Positions 1 through 13,335 are shown, numbered from the stretch's first letter. The stretch: DNA of 64,000 nucleotides from the human T2T-CHM13v2.0 reference genome, Homo sapiens (GCF_009914755.1 NC_060932.1), one strand, 5' to 3'. Program-made: numbers and translations. The notes: generated by a model not told the origin, from the letters alone.

Positions 1-149
1 TTAGCCAGGTGTGGTGGCACATGCCTGTAAACCCACCTACTCAAGAGGCTGAGGCAGGAGAATCTCTTGAACACGGGAGGTGGAAGTTTCAGTGAGCCGA
101 GATCATGCCATTGCACTCCAGCCTGGGTGACTGAGCGAGACTCCGTCTC

Positions 150-180
<31 letters not shown>

Positions 181-185
181 AAATA
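1..185 (+). mobile_element. Alu right arm and poly(A), truncated by window start
   Basis: TTAGCCAGGTGTGGTGGCAC...GAGACTCCGTCTC followed by A-rich tail. Confidence 0.95.
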
Positions 186-982
186 GAAATAAAACAGGAT
201 ATTCTCCGATTTGGGGAAGGAACACACTATCCCTGAAGGAGGAGGTAATCTGTCAGCTGAGATATGCTTTGAGTCTTTAGAATCCCCAAACTCACAAAGC
301 TGAGGTCCAGAAATGGGTAGAACATAAACAACTAAAATAAAGTTTTGTGTGAGTTCCAAAACATAAGTTGATACTTAGAATAATTACAGTAAAGATTACT
401 CAGAAATTACACATAAATGTATCACGTAATTTTTTCATTAAAAAAATCTAAACTATCTTAAATCTTCCCATCACTAAAACTAAAAAGAGTGATCTTGAAC
501 TCCTAGGTGTCCAAGGGTCTGGCAGTGCCCACTGCAAGCACGTTTTTTATTTGAAGTGCCATTTTTAACCTTAAAATTTCAGACCAATTTTGGATTCCTC
601 TATATATATATTCAGGTTTTTTTTTCAATAGTAAAACATTTAAAATATCTTACTAATAAGCAAAAACTAATAGTTTGGGTATACCACGCTAAGTCTATGG
701 TCTTACATCCACTTGTTTATTAACACATATTCTATCTTGAGAAGAATCACTATAATTAACTTTTTCTGATTTAACTTTTGCCTGAATGTGATCTTTTTAT
801 TTAGTAAAAATATGTTATTTCAGATGTGTACTTGGAAATTTAGAAACATAATTCTAGAAGGTTGAAAAGAAATGGAAAAAGTGCCCAAATTCAGAAATGG
901 GCCCTTGTTTGCTTTTGGTACCCACTCATTTTCACACCTGTAAAATGTGGATATGAATACCTCCCTTTGATAGAGACTTGGC

Positions 983-1380
983 TAGCTGTTCACCAAACCC
1001 CTTCCACTCTTATTGGGAGTAGACTACATTTCCCAGCTTCCCCTGCAGTTGGGCGTCGCCACGTTCCTGAGTTTTGACCAAAGCAATAGGAAGAAGAAGA
1101 AAGGATAACTTAAGCAGGATGGGAAATAAAACAAAAATTTTAAGAAACGCCAAAGTTATTCCTCTTTCTCTCTCTTCCCTTTTTGACAACCTTTTTTTCC
1201 ACACCTAGGGCCACCTTGGAAGCCATGTGTTAACACTGAGTGATCCTCCTCAGCCAAGTCCCTAATGCATGGAAAAGAACCTCCTGACCCAGTCCCCAAA
1301 GGCTGGACTTTTCCTTTGCAAGAAATAAGGAGGTATTGTATTAAGCCACAGTGTTGTTCTATTACAGAAGATTAAGCAGT
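983..1380 (+). mobile_element. MLT1-family MaLR LTR remnant
   Basis: AGACTACATTTCCCAGCTTCCCTGCAGTTGGG...CCACGTTCCTGAGTTTTGACCAA and terminal TTGTATTAAGCCAC...TGTTCTATTACAG resemble old MLT1 LTR consensus; boundaries approximate. Confidence 0.6.
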
Positions 1381-3766
1381 GCTTAAATTAACATATACCT
1401 CCCCCAAAAAAAACATGGTCAGGAGTCAGGTAACTCTTATAAAGTAATTAGCACCTAGTGTCACGGAATGTGGATTTCTGTCAATGTGAGGCCATGGGAC
1501 CCTGGAACAATGCTGCCACTTCCTATGAATCTATTTCTTAAATTGCAGGGTAAAGTTCACCATAAATAACAAAGTCATGGAGTCAAGCTGTCACAATTGG
1601 CCACCGTTCCTAAGGCATTTGAATTGTATGCATTGACAGGAAAAAGCAGGAAGGAGTGAAGACAGAACAAGGGGAGAATGTAACCTGAGTTGGAAGGTGT
1701 AATATTTAAATGTATTTGCAAACCTGTTTTGGGCCAAAAGGGGTAGGAGGAAGAGAAGACGCATTTGCTGAGATCTATTATATGCCAATTGGAGGACTAC
1801 AGATTTCACAATTCACATCTGTTGTCTTATTTCTTTCTCATAATCCCAAAGATAATTCTAAAGTTACACATTATCATCTCCATTTACAATTAAGAACTGA
1901 TGCTCCAAGAAGAAAGATCTCACAGTGTGTAGGCAACAGACCTAAGATTCAAACCTATATTGGTGGGTGTTAATGTCCTTGTTCTTTCTGATGTAAGCAT
2001 GTAACATTTCCACATCTCTGATTCCATGCTCAAGGTGGGCCAAGCCATGCTGCTTGTAAGACAGGGTGCCTGTGATGACACAAGTCATTAATGCAAGTGT
2101 TAAGTGCCATGCAAGCACAGAAGCCACTTAAAATGGGTTTTCGGAAATGAAAGCTGGGCTCAAACAGAGCCCACTTTCAAGGGGGCCTGGTTTAAGTGGC
2201 CAAACTCTCAAGAAGAAAGGCATTAAAGGAAGAGCCTTTCTGCTGGGCTGGCAAAACTTTAGGTTCATGAATTCAGGAGGAGACTGAGGAGGAGAAAACA
2301 GGGTTTTAGAATGCAGCCTCAGGAGCTGCCTGCACCTCTCAGGCCAGGAGGTTGGCTTTTCCAATTGTGCGATTAAGCTATTCTACCCAGCCCCACCTCT
2401 CATTTTCAATTAATCTGCACTAATGAATTCAACAACCAAAATGCATTTGCTAATTGAGGTGCTTGCTGGCCAGGTCATCCGCGCTCCCTTGTCTAACAGC
2501 TGGTACTCCCCACTGTGCCACGGTAAAGTAGGGTAGTAGAGGCCTCTGCTCCCCTCATCCCCTGCTGCCCCTGAGGGGAATACCCAGTGGGCAAGAAAAG
2601 GCCCAGCCTGGGAGAGAATGCTCATAATATATTACTAAGTCACAGACAGAAATTGCTCCTCCGGGCAGTCTTTCACTTTTTGTTTCTAAGTGAAAGCTCA
2701 TGACCATCCCAGCCATATTATCTCCCTGGCCCTTGGAAGCTGTTATGTAATGGAAAGGGCATTAAACTCAGGCCAGGAAATTCTTGATACAGAACCCAGA
2801 CTGTTGTTGATAACTGGGTTGACTTTGGAAAGTGACTGCCTCCCTCCCTCTCGGTTTGCTCATCTGGAAAATGAAACTAATGGAACTGACCTTGGAGTCA
2901 TGGTGAAGTGCCCGTGAATGTAATCAGAACATCTCAGTTTCTTCTTCTATACTGAGGGGCATGGCCAGTTGGGCATGGGGAGATGGTACACTAAGGGAAG
3001 CTTGAGTTTGCCAGTGGGTGGTAAATGTACAGAGTACAAAGAATGGGGGTGAGGGTGGGTCAGGGGGAGCTGGGAGTAAGGCATCTACTGGCAGGAGATG
3101 GGTTGGAAGTGATGGCAGTGGAGGAGGTGGGTGGCTGAGGAGTTGAGATGCTCATTGAAGGAATAAACAGACAAGACAGGGGAATGAGACTCCAGGCAGG
3201 AGTGGAGAATGAGAAGGAAAGAAGAACAGAACAAAGCAGAAAGACAGAGGTAAGCTGGGGGTTCAGCCTCCCCTTCTGTTCCTGCATCTCACCCTCTGCA
3301 ATGGCAGCCTTACAAAGGATGATGACTTTTGCAGGCGCCACCTGTGAAGATGGGATAGCGGACTCTCCAAAAGCCATGTGCAGCCTTAAGATTTCTTTTG
3401 TCTTTTTTTTTTTTTTTTTTTTTGGCAAAAAGGGCCTGACAAAACCAGCCCCCGGCCAAGATTCCTTTGTCTGTGCAGATGCAGAGAAAGGGAATCAGCC
3501 AGACCTGGGGGAGTCACTGTCACCTTCACCTGGGAACCAGCTCTGGAGGCGGAAGCCCAGACCATCCCCTGAGCATAGCACTGCCCTTGGGGCTGAGGAT
3601 TTTAAAACAAAAAGAAAAAAAAAGGCCTCAGTGCCTTTCCCCAGGGGAGTGAAGGGGCTTAGAACACCTGGGAAGTTACCTCAGACACCGGGGTTTCCCT
3701 AAGTCAGAACTATGAGCCACCAAAGGGAAGGTTCTGGAAATTTGCAATTCTAAGGATGAGGCTGTA

Positions 3767-6700
3767 GGACAACACCAGAAAGTAGTCCGGGCTGAGAGTC
3801 AGTGAGAAAAGATACACCGTAATCCAGTCTGGGACTGGTAGTCAGTGGGAAAGGACCACACGGGGATCCAGTCGGGCTAAGAGTCAATCAGAAGGAACAA
3901 CACTGGGATCCAGTCCAGGGCTGAGAGGCAGTGGGACAGGACCACACTGGGATCCAGTCCGGGGCTGAGAGTCAGTGGGAAAGGACCACACTGGGATCCA
4001 GTCCAGGGCTGGGAGTCAGTGAGAAAGCATACGCCAGGATCCACTCCAGCTGGGAGTCAGTGGGAAAGGACCACGCTGGGATCCAGTCCAGCTGGGAGTC
4101 ATGGGAAAGGATACACTGGGATCCAGTCCAGCTGGGAGTCAGTGAGAAAGGCCCACACTGGGATCCAGTCCAGGGCTGGGAGTCAGTGGGAAAGAACCAC
4201 GCTGGGATCCAGTCCAAGGCTGGGAGTCAGTGGGAAACGACCACACCGGGATCCAGTATGGGGCTGGGAGTCAGTGAGAAAGGACCTCACCGGGATCCAG
4301 TCTGGGGCTGGGAGTCAGTGAGAAAGGACACACCAGGATCCAGTCCGGCTGGAAGTCAGTGGGAAAGGACCACACCGGGATCTAGTGCGGGGCTGGGAGT
4401 GAGAAAGGACCACACCGGGATCCAGTCCGGGGCTGGGAGTCAGTGGAAAAGGACGACACTGGGATCCAGTCCGAGGCTGGGAGTCAGTGGGAAAGGACAC
4501 GCTGGCATCCAGTCCGGGGCTGAGAGTCAGTGGGAAAGGACGACACTGGGATGCAGTCCGGGGCTGGGAGTCAGTGGGAAAGGATGACACTGGGATCCAG
4601 TCCAGGGCTGGGAGTCAGTGAGAAAGGACCATGCTGGGATCCAGTCCGGGGCTGGGAGTCAGTGGGAAAAGACCACACTGGGATCCAGTCCGGGGCTGGG
4701 AGTCAGTGGGAAAGGACCACATTGGGATCCAGTCCGGGGCTGGGAGTCAGTGAGAAAGGACCACACTGGGATCCAGTCCGGGGCTGGGAGTCAGTGGGAA
4801 AGGACGTGCCGGCATCCAGTCCGGGGCTGAGAGTCAGTGGGAAAGGATGACACTGGGACCCAGTCCGGGGTGGGAGTCAGTGGGAAAGGACCACGCTGGG
4901 ATCCAGTCCGGGGCTGAGAGTCAGTGGGAAAGGACGACACTGGGATGCAGTCCGGGGCTGGGAGTCAGTGGGAAAGGACACACTGAAATCCAGTCCGGGG
5001 CTGGGAGTCAGTGAGAAAGGACCATGCTGGGATCCAGTCCGGGGCTGGGAGTCAGTGGGAAAAGACCACACTGGGATCCAGTCCGGGGCTGAGAGTCAGT
5101 GGGAAAGGACCACACTGGGATCCAGTACGGGGCTTGGAGTCAGTGAGAAAGGACCACACTGGGATCCAGTCCGGGGCTGGGAGTCAGTGGGAAAGGAGCA
5201 TGCTGGGATCCAGTCCGGGGCTGAGAGTCAGTGGGAAAGGACACACTGAGATCCAGTCCGGGGCTGGGAGTCAGTGAGAAAGGACCACGCTGGGATCCAG
5301 TCTGGGGCTGAGAGTCAGTGGGAAAGGACACATCAGGATCCAGTCCGGCTGGGAGTCAGTGGGAAAGGACACGCCGGCATCCAGTCCGGGGCTGAGAGTC
5401 AGTGGGAAAGGACACACTGGGATCCAGTCCGGGGCTGGGAGTCAGTGGGAAAGGACGACACTGGGATCCAGTCCAGGGCTGAGAGTCAGTGGGAAAGGAC
5501 ACGCCGGCATCCAGTCCGGGGCTGGGAGTCAGTGGGAAAGGACCACGCTGGGATCCAGTCCGGGGCTGAGAGTCAGTGGGAAGGGACACACTGAGATCCA
5601 GTCCGGGGCTGAGAGTCAGTGGGAAAGGACCACGCTGAGATCCAGTCCCGGGCTGGGAGTCAGTGGGAAAGGCCTACACTGGGATGCAGTCCGGGGCTGG
5701 GAGTCAGTGGGAAAGGACCACACTGGGATGCAGTCCAGGGCTGGGAGTCAGTGGCAAAGGACACACTGGGATCCAGTGAGAAGGGACACACCAGGATCCA
5801 GTCTGGCTGGGAGTCAATGGGAAAGGACCACACTGGGATCCAGTCCGGAGCTGGGAGTCAGTGAGAAAGAACAACACTGGGATCCAGTCTGGGGATGGGA
5901 GTCAGTGGCAAAGGACACACTGGGATCCACTCCAGGGCTGGGAGTCAGTGAGAAAGGACCACACTGGGATGCAGTCCGGGACTGGGAGTCAGTGGGAAAG
6001 GACACACTGGGATGCAGTCCGGGGCTGGGAGTCAGTGGGAAAGGACCACACTGGGATCCAGTCCGGGGCTGGGAGTCAGTGAGAAAGGACCACACTGGGA
6101 TGCAGTCCGGGGCTGGGAGTCAGTGGGAAAGGACCACTCTGGGATCCAGTCCGGGGCTGGGAGTCAGTGAGAAAGGACCACACTGGGATCCAGTCCGGGG
6201 CTGGGAGTCAGTGGGAAAGGACACACTGGGATCCAGTCCGGGGCTGGGAGTCAGTGGGAAAGGACCACACTGGGATCCAGTCCGGGGCTGGGAGTCAGTG
6301 GGAAAGGACACACTGGGATGCAGTCCGGGGCTGGGAGTCAGTGGGAAAGGACCACACTGGGATGCAGTCCGGGGCTGGGAGTCAGTGGGAAAGGACCACA
6401 CTGGGATCCAGTCCGGGGCTGGGAGTCAGTGGGAAAGGACACACTGGGATGCAGTCCGGGGCTGGGAGTCAGTGGGAAAGGACCACAATGGGATGCAGTC
6501 CAGGGCTGGGAGTCAGTGGGAAAGGACCACACTGGGATGCAGTCCGGGGCTGGGAGTCAGTGGGAAAGGACCACTCTGGGATCCAGTCCGGGGCTGGGAG
6601 TCAGTAAGAAAGGACCACACTGGGATCCAGTCCGGAGCTGGGAGTCAGTGAGAAACAACAACACTGGGAACCAGTCCGGGGATGGGAGTCAGTGGCAAAG

Positions 6701-7800
6701 GACACACTGGGATCCACTCCAGGGCTGGGAGTCAGTGAGAAAGGACCACACTGGGATCCAGTCCGGGGCTGGGAGTCAGTGGGAAAGGACCCCCCTGGGA
6801 TCCAGTCCGGGGCTGAGAGTCAGTGGGAAAGGACGACACTGGGATCCAGTCCGGGGCTGGGAGTCAGTGGGAAAGGACACACCAGGATCCAGTCCGGCTG
6901 GGAGTCAGTGGGAAAGGACACGCCGGCATCCAGTCCGGGGCTGGGAGTCAGTGGGAAAGGACACACTGAGATCCAGTCCGGGGCTAGGAGTCAGTGAGAA
7001 AGGAACACGCTGGGACCCATTCCAGCTGGGAGTCAGTGGGAAAGGACACGCTGGCATCCAGTCCGGGGCTGAGAGTCAGTGGGAAAGGATGACACTGTGA
7101 TCCAGTCCGGGGCTGGGAGTCAGTAGGAAAGGACCACGCTGGGATCCACTCTGGGGCTGGGAGTCAGCGATAAAGGACCACATTGGGATCCAGTCCGGGG
7201 CTGGGAGTCAGTGGGAAAGGACTATACTGGGATGCAGTCCGGGTCTGGGAGTCAGTGAGAAAGGACCACACTGGGATCCATTCCAGGACTGGGAGTCAGT
7301 GGGAAAGGACCACACTGGGATCCAGTCCAGGGCTGGGAGTCAGTGGCAAAGGATACATTGGGATCCAGTGAGAAGGGACACACCAAGATCCAGTCTGGCT
7401 GGGAGTCAATGGGAAAGGACCACACTGGGATCCAGTCCAGGGCTGGGAGGCAGTGGGAAAGGACCACACTGGGATCCAGTCCGGGGATGGGAGTCAGTGG
7501 CAAAGGACACACTGGGATCCACTCTAGGGCTGAGAGTCAGTGGGAAAGGACCATGCTGGGATCCAGTCCGGGGCTGAGAGTCAGTGGGAAAGGACACACT
7601 GAGATCCAGTCCAGGGCTGGGAGGCAGTGGGAAAGGACCACGCTGGGATCCAGTCAGGCTGGGAGTCAGTGAGAAAGGACCACACTGGGATCCAGTCCAG
7701 CTGGGAGTCATGGGAAAGGACACACTGGGAACCAGTCCAGCTGGGAGTCAGTGGGAAAGGACCACACCTGGATCCAGTCCAGGGCGCTGGCAGTCGCTGG
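3767..7800. repeat. Minisatellite/VNTR, consensus 44-bp unit GGGAGTCAGTGGGAAAGGACCACACTGGGATCCAGTCCGGGGCT, ~90 copies with 41-43 bp variants
   Basis: Directly visible tandem array with degenerate edges and a near-homogeneous core at ~5940-6600; copy number estimated as length divided by unit size. Confidence 0.98.
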
Positions 7801-8524
7801 AATGCCAAGTGTAGGATCCTTCCTGGGAGACAGCCAGTGGGTCAGGCCAGGGAAACACACAGTGACCGCGGGTGGTGTTGCCTTTGCTGCCAGAGACACT
7901 ATCCCTGATCCTGGAACGCGGGTGCTGTCCAGGGACTGCAGGTTCCAGCTCTTCCCTGCTGCTGGAAGGGGATGTAAGTCACCCAGGCTATCTTTCTGAA
8001 GCCAATTGCCCTCTGTGGACACCTAACTCAAGTTGCCAGTTATCTGCCTCTGGATTTATCATGCTTGAAATGAGGAATCAATTTCTTAAAAAAATCATCT
8101 GCCCCAAGGAAGATAGTTCAGATACCACCCAGCATCAAAGAGGAAGAAATGGCAGGAGGCTGGGGGCGGGGAGGGCATTTTGACTCTCTTGAGGGCCTCC
8201 AGTCTCAAACCTATGGGCAGGTATCAAAGAATATTGGCTGCACTTCATTCATTCATTCAATAAATAGTTATTGAGTGCCTCCTTCATGACAGTTTCTCTG
8301 CTATGTATATTCTATGAAAACGACAGATTTCCTGCCTTCAGAGGTCTGGGGAAGGAGAAATTCAGCAAAGAATAACAAAAGGTGGTATGTGACATGCTCG
8401 GGCATACTAACGCCAAACAATGATGACAAGAGATGGGAGGAGGAAGTGATCATACACATTCTTTAGTTCAAACTCTCATTTCACAAGTAAGGGAAGCAAA
8501 TCCTTGAAAGGGGTGTATTTGTTA

Positions 8525-8663
8525 ATTTTTTAAAAAGAATTTTGTAGAGACGGGTCTCACTATGTTGCCCACGCTGGTCTTAAGCTCCTGGCCTACACTC
8601 GAGCCTCCTATCTCAGTCTCCCAAAGTGTTGGGGTTACAGCTGTGAGCCACAGTGACGGGCTG
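8525..8663 (-). mobile_element. FLAM / free Alu left monomer
   Basis: GTAGAGACGGGTCTCACTATGTTGCCC...TCCCAAAGTGTTGGGGTTACAG...GTGAGCCAC, single arm only. Confidence 0.85.
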
Positions 8664-10449
8664 AAAAGGGAATTTACTTAGAATAATTTAGTGCTGATGG
8701 GAAGTGTTGCAGGTGCTTCCAGGTATTCTCATCTGGCTGGTGTTAATTCTTAGGAACTAGTGAAGAGATGGAAACCTTGGGTTCTGAGTTCAAGCTCTTC
8801 CAGAAAATCTTCACAAATGACATCAGCCTTAAACAATCCCTCCTTTTTCTGAATTCAAAGCTCTCTGTTGTCTGGCTTGCTCAGATTTAACACAGCATGT
8901 TCTGGATAGTGTGCACTGACCAGACGCAGCTCTTACATAATGAACTGTTTGGCTCATTAAGCGTGGCTACCAAGCTTAGGAGCTAGAGTTACTCAACTTC
9001 CAAACGGAGTCTCACCCTCTATGGAACAGGGAGTTAATATTATCCTCAGAGAGTTGAGGACACTTTGATTATAGTCTCAGAGATCTTCTTTAAGGTAATA
9101 TTACCACTAGAACTCCACTCTAACCTCGAACATTCTACTCCTCCAAGACTGGACTCCAGGTTTTCCTCTTTAAAGTCACACTTTGTTCCCTATAACCTGG
9201 ACTGGGTTCTATCTTATTTCCCTTACTCTGTCTTGACCCAGAACCAAGGAGCTAGATTTCTCTTCCCCAGATTTCTACCTCCTAATGTATAGCACCTGCT
9301 GCCTCCTGCCCGCCCTTGCCAGGGCTGACCATCACCAGTCCGGACCTTTGCACCAAGGGTCTGCTCTCTGAGTCACATCTGATATGCCCCAACCTCAATC
9401 TGTGCATAGATTCCTGGTTAACTCACATGTCACCTGTCCTTTCTTCTCATTCACTAATCTATTGGTTTCAGACTCAACTTTCAACCAATTTCCATGTATA
9501 GATTTCCCTCCTGTTACAGATCCACGGCTAACACCCACCCTTCCTCAAAGTCCTAGTTCTAGATTCTTGGCAACATGCCACACTTTGTTCTTCTTTATAG
9601 TCCACCCAGGTCTCAGGTGTTGTAGATTAGCAGTGGTCTTTGAATGATGGGCAGATCCTTCCTGGATGGTCATCTCCAGCGTCGCTGGGGCACCTGATCA
9701 ATCTGCAGCTGCTCTGATGACAGCACAGGGGCCCCAGCACCACATCCCCCTTCCCATCCCAGCCTAGTCAACTGTCCACAACTCTAATTCCAGGCCAAGG
9801 TTGATGCTTTCAACTCTTGGCTGCTCTCATCTCAGTTGCTCAGAAATCACAGGGATGTTGTCCATGCTCTAGAGGAATAAAAAAATCACCACCACTGTTC
9901 AGGTTCGACATTTTGCACCCAGGTTCCCACCGCACCCTGCTCTCCCCTTCTATTCATCTTCTCCTCTCCTCCCCCTTCCCTCCCACTACCTACAAGGAAA
10001 AAGTAATAACAAATAGGGAGGCTAATTCTAAGTTTGTGAGCCCCAGCATGTATGCTGGCCCGCCTTGAGTCCTGTTATTTTCTCCTGTGTCTGGCTTTGA
10101 CAAGACTGATGACATTTACGTTTTCCAAAAGCTTCAATAAAAGGCACTTTAGCTGCAATCACCTCCATCTAATTTCCCCAGTCAAATTTTTTTTTTTTTT
10201 TGGCTTAAATCACACAACAGAACTAAGGCCTGAGCTGCTCTGACAACTTGTCACCAAATAGGGCTCAGCCCAAATGGGCTCTCTTGAGAACCAAGGACAA
10301 AAGGGGGGGAAAATGGACTAAGTGGCCTAAAAATGAAGTGAAAGGCTGCAGAAAAAGAGGAGATTGGCAGGAGTCAATTTGTTAAAGTTCTAGAACAGGG
10401 GGCTTGGCGCTGTGTGGGGCCCAGAATAAACAGAAAAGATGTTATTTCT

Positions 10450-11145
<696 letters not shown>

Positions 11146-11339
11146 CTAGAGAGGGAATGTGGCTGGCACAGGGTACCCACCTTACGGTAGAACCCAAGGG
11201 GAAGGGATGAATGGATACCTTTCTTTTGTGCAACAACTCTGAATAGCAGGATAGTGTGCTGGGGAAACTAAGGCCCAGACTTTTTGCCCAGAGCTGCAGT
11301 GACTCAGAACATGAAGGAAAGACATTCGATGAAACAATG

Positions 11340-12230
11340 CATTCGTTGTTAAAATAAATGTATTCACTGAAGAACTATGTGCATACAGAAAAGTTTTCAA
11401 ATCATGAGGGCTCATCTCAATCAGTTTTCATAAAGCAAACTTGCACCACCACCCAGAGCAAGGCAAAGAACATTTCAAGAAGCTCTGCTCCTGCTCTCAC
11501 TTAGTCACTCACTCCCTGAAAGGTAGTATCATCCTCATTTCTAAAACCAGTGATCAGTTGAACCTATTTTTGAATTTAATGTAAATGGAATCATATATAT
11601 AATATGTACCTTTCTGTGTCTAATTCATGTTTGTAGATATGGTGATGTCATTCATTTTCATTGTTATATCATATTCCATGTAATTATATCACAATTATTT
11701 ATTCATCATACTATGGACAGATCTTTGTGTTCTTTCTAGCACTTGTCAGTAATAAGACTGTGAACATTATCTCTGGCTTGGTGCACGTAAGCATTCACTT
11801 CTGTTTGGGTGCACATGTAGAGAAGAATTGCTAGTTCATGGGATACGTGTGTGCAGTCAGCTTTAGTAGGTCCTACCAAGCAATTTTCCAAAGTGGTTGT
11901 ACCAGTTCATTCTCTTCCCAGTAGAGTATGAGAGGCCCAGTTGCTCTACGTTCTTACCAGCACTTGATGTTTCAATTTTATAGCTTGATATATAAATTAA
12001 ATAGCTTGATATATGGTAAGTGTGTGTGATTTTAATTTGCAGTTCCCTGTTGACTAAAGTTTTGTACCTTTCCATGTGTTACTGACCACTTGGATATCTT
12101 TTGTAAGCCTTCTGTCTATTTTTCTAAGGTGTGTATTTTTCTAATGTATTGTTTGTCTTTTTCTCACTGATTTATAGTTCTTTATATATTCTGGAGATGA
12201 GTTCTTTGTTACTTACATGTATACCAGCAG
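11340..12230 (-). mobile_element. Old L1M (MC/ME-type) fragment
   Basis: L1 antisense hallmarks TTTTCCAAAGTGGTTGTACCAGTT, TTTTAATTTGCAGTTCCCTG, CTTTATATATTCTGGAGATGAG. Confidence 0.75.
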
Positions 12231-12769
12231 AAGTTGTGGCATGTCACTTACAGAACTTCATGCCACCAATCTCAACTCTTTACTCTTTTTTTCACCCATC
12301 TCCCAACTTTGCTTTTGATCTGATGTCACTTGTCCCATTCTCTCTATGATCAATCCAGGCTCCCACAAATATATCTTGTTCTTCCTCTTCTCCATGTGGC
12401 CTAAGCATCACACCCAGAAGCAATGCAGCTAACAGCAGACAGATGCAAGTTCATCCAGCCCCTGTGCTCCAGCCCTGGTCCATGCAGCCGCCCTAAAATA
12501 GCCCCGAGACTCACCCAGGACTGTGAGCCTAATAAGGGTCAGGGGATGTGTGGAGGTGAGCCCTATGGAGAGTAGAGGACAATGCTTTCACCTTCTCTGG
12601 GCTCTAGAACAGTGTGGGGGCCAGACATATCAGTGGGAGAGCTTCTGCCGAAAATGGTAAACACTGAGAGAAGATGGACTTTGTATAGAACACTTGTTTC
12701 ATAGGTTGAAAAGGCTACTAGTCTGGCTGGAAATCAGGGGATCAAAATCTTACCTTGTCACTGCCTCGG

Positions 12770-12870
12770 TTGAGTAGCCTATGTTGGTTTACCCAGGATT
12801 GTCCCAGTTTTAGCTTTTAAAGTCTTGCACCCCGTGGAACCCTTCAGTGCCAGGGTAATTTATCACCCTG
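12770..12870. mobile_element. MER81-like hAT MITE
   Basis: GGTTTACCCAGGATTGTCCCAGTTTTAGC...AAAGTC...CCCTTCAGTGCCAGGG...TCACCCTG matches recalled MER81 consensus. Confidence 0.6.
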
Positions 12871-13109
12871 TTGCTGCCTTCTAAATAGCTGTGTGTTTGA
12901 GAAAAACAACTTTCTTTCTCTGGGCTTACTTTCATCTATAAGTTGATTTGGGAGTAGGATAGAGGAACTCTACTTTTCCTTTTATATCTGATTCTCTTTA
13001 TTGCTGTTGCTCTTCCAGGATATTCCAATAATTTACAGTCAAGAGGCAGATACAAAAATTCTATGATGGAGGTGGGTGTGGTAACCTTGCCAAAATAAGA
13101 ATGGCTACA

Positions 13110-13335
13110 GTGCTGCAGGCCACCACCATGTGCCAGGCACTGTACTCCAGGTTCTAGGGTCAAAATACCCTTTCATCTTCATGTCATCCCTGGGATATAA
13201 GCATCAATGTCACCATTTCATTTATGTATGAGGAAAGAGAGGCTCAGAGCGTTTGAGCACTGTGCCCAACACAACACAGCTATACAAAGGACTAATATTT
13301 GGCCTCTGATCTGCCTGTTTCCAAAGCCCTGGGGT
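13110..13335 (-). mobile_element. MIR SINE
   Basis: TGTGCCAGGCACTGT...ATGAGGAAAGAGAGGCTCAGAG...TGCCCAAC..ACACAGCT core. Confidence 0.7.

Noticed and set aside
1021-1040. ZNF143-type motif ACTACATTTCCCAG
   Set aside because: Part of the MLT1 LTR sequence, with no promoter or CpG-island context.
3148-3702. 184-aa ORF
   Set aside because: Runs through a poly(T) tract (poly-Phe), with no homology I recognise and no exon-like structure.
3931-7100. 218-, 430- and 260-aa ORFs as protein-coding genes
   Set aside because: They arise from a stop-free 44-bp tandem unit, overlap in all frames, and several start at non-ATG codons.
3767-7800. CRISPR-like array (regular repeats with an internal palindrome)
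   Set aside because: Units are contiguous with no unique spacers, there are no cas genes, and the context is primate Alu/L1 DNA; it is a minisatellite.
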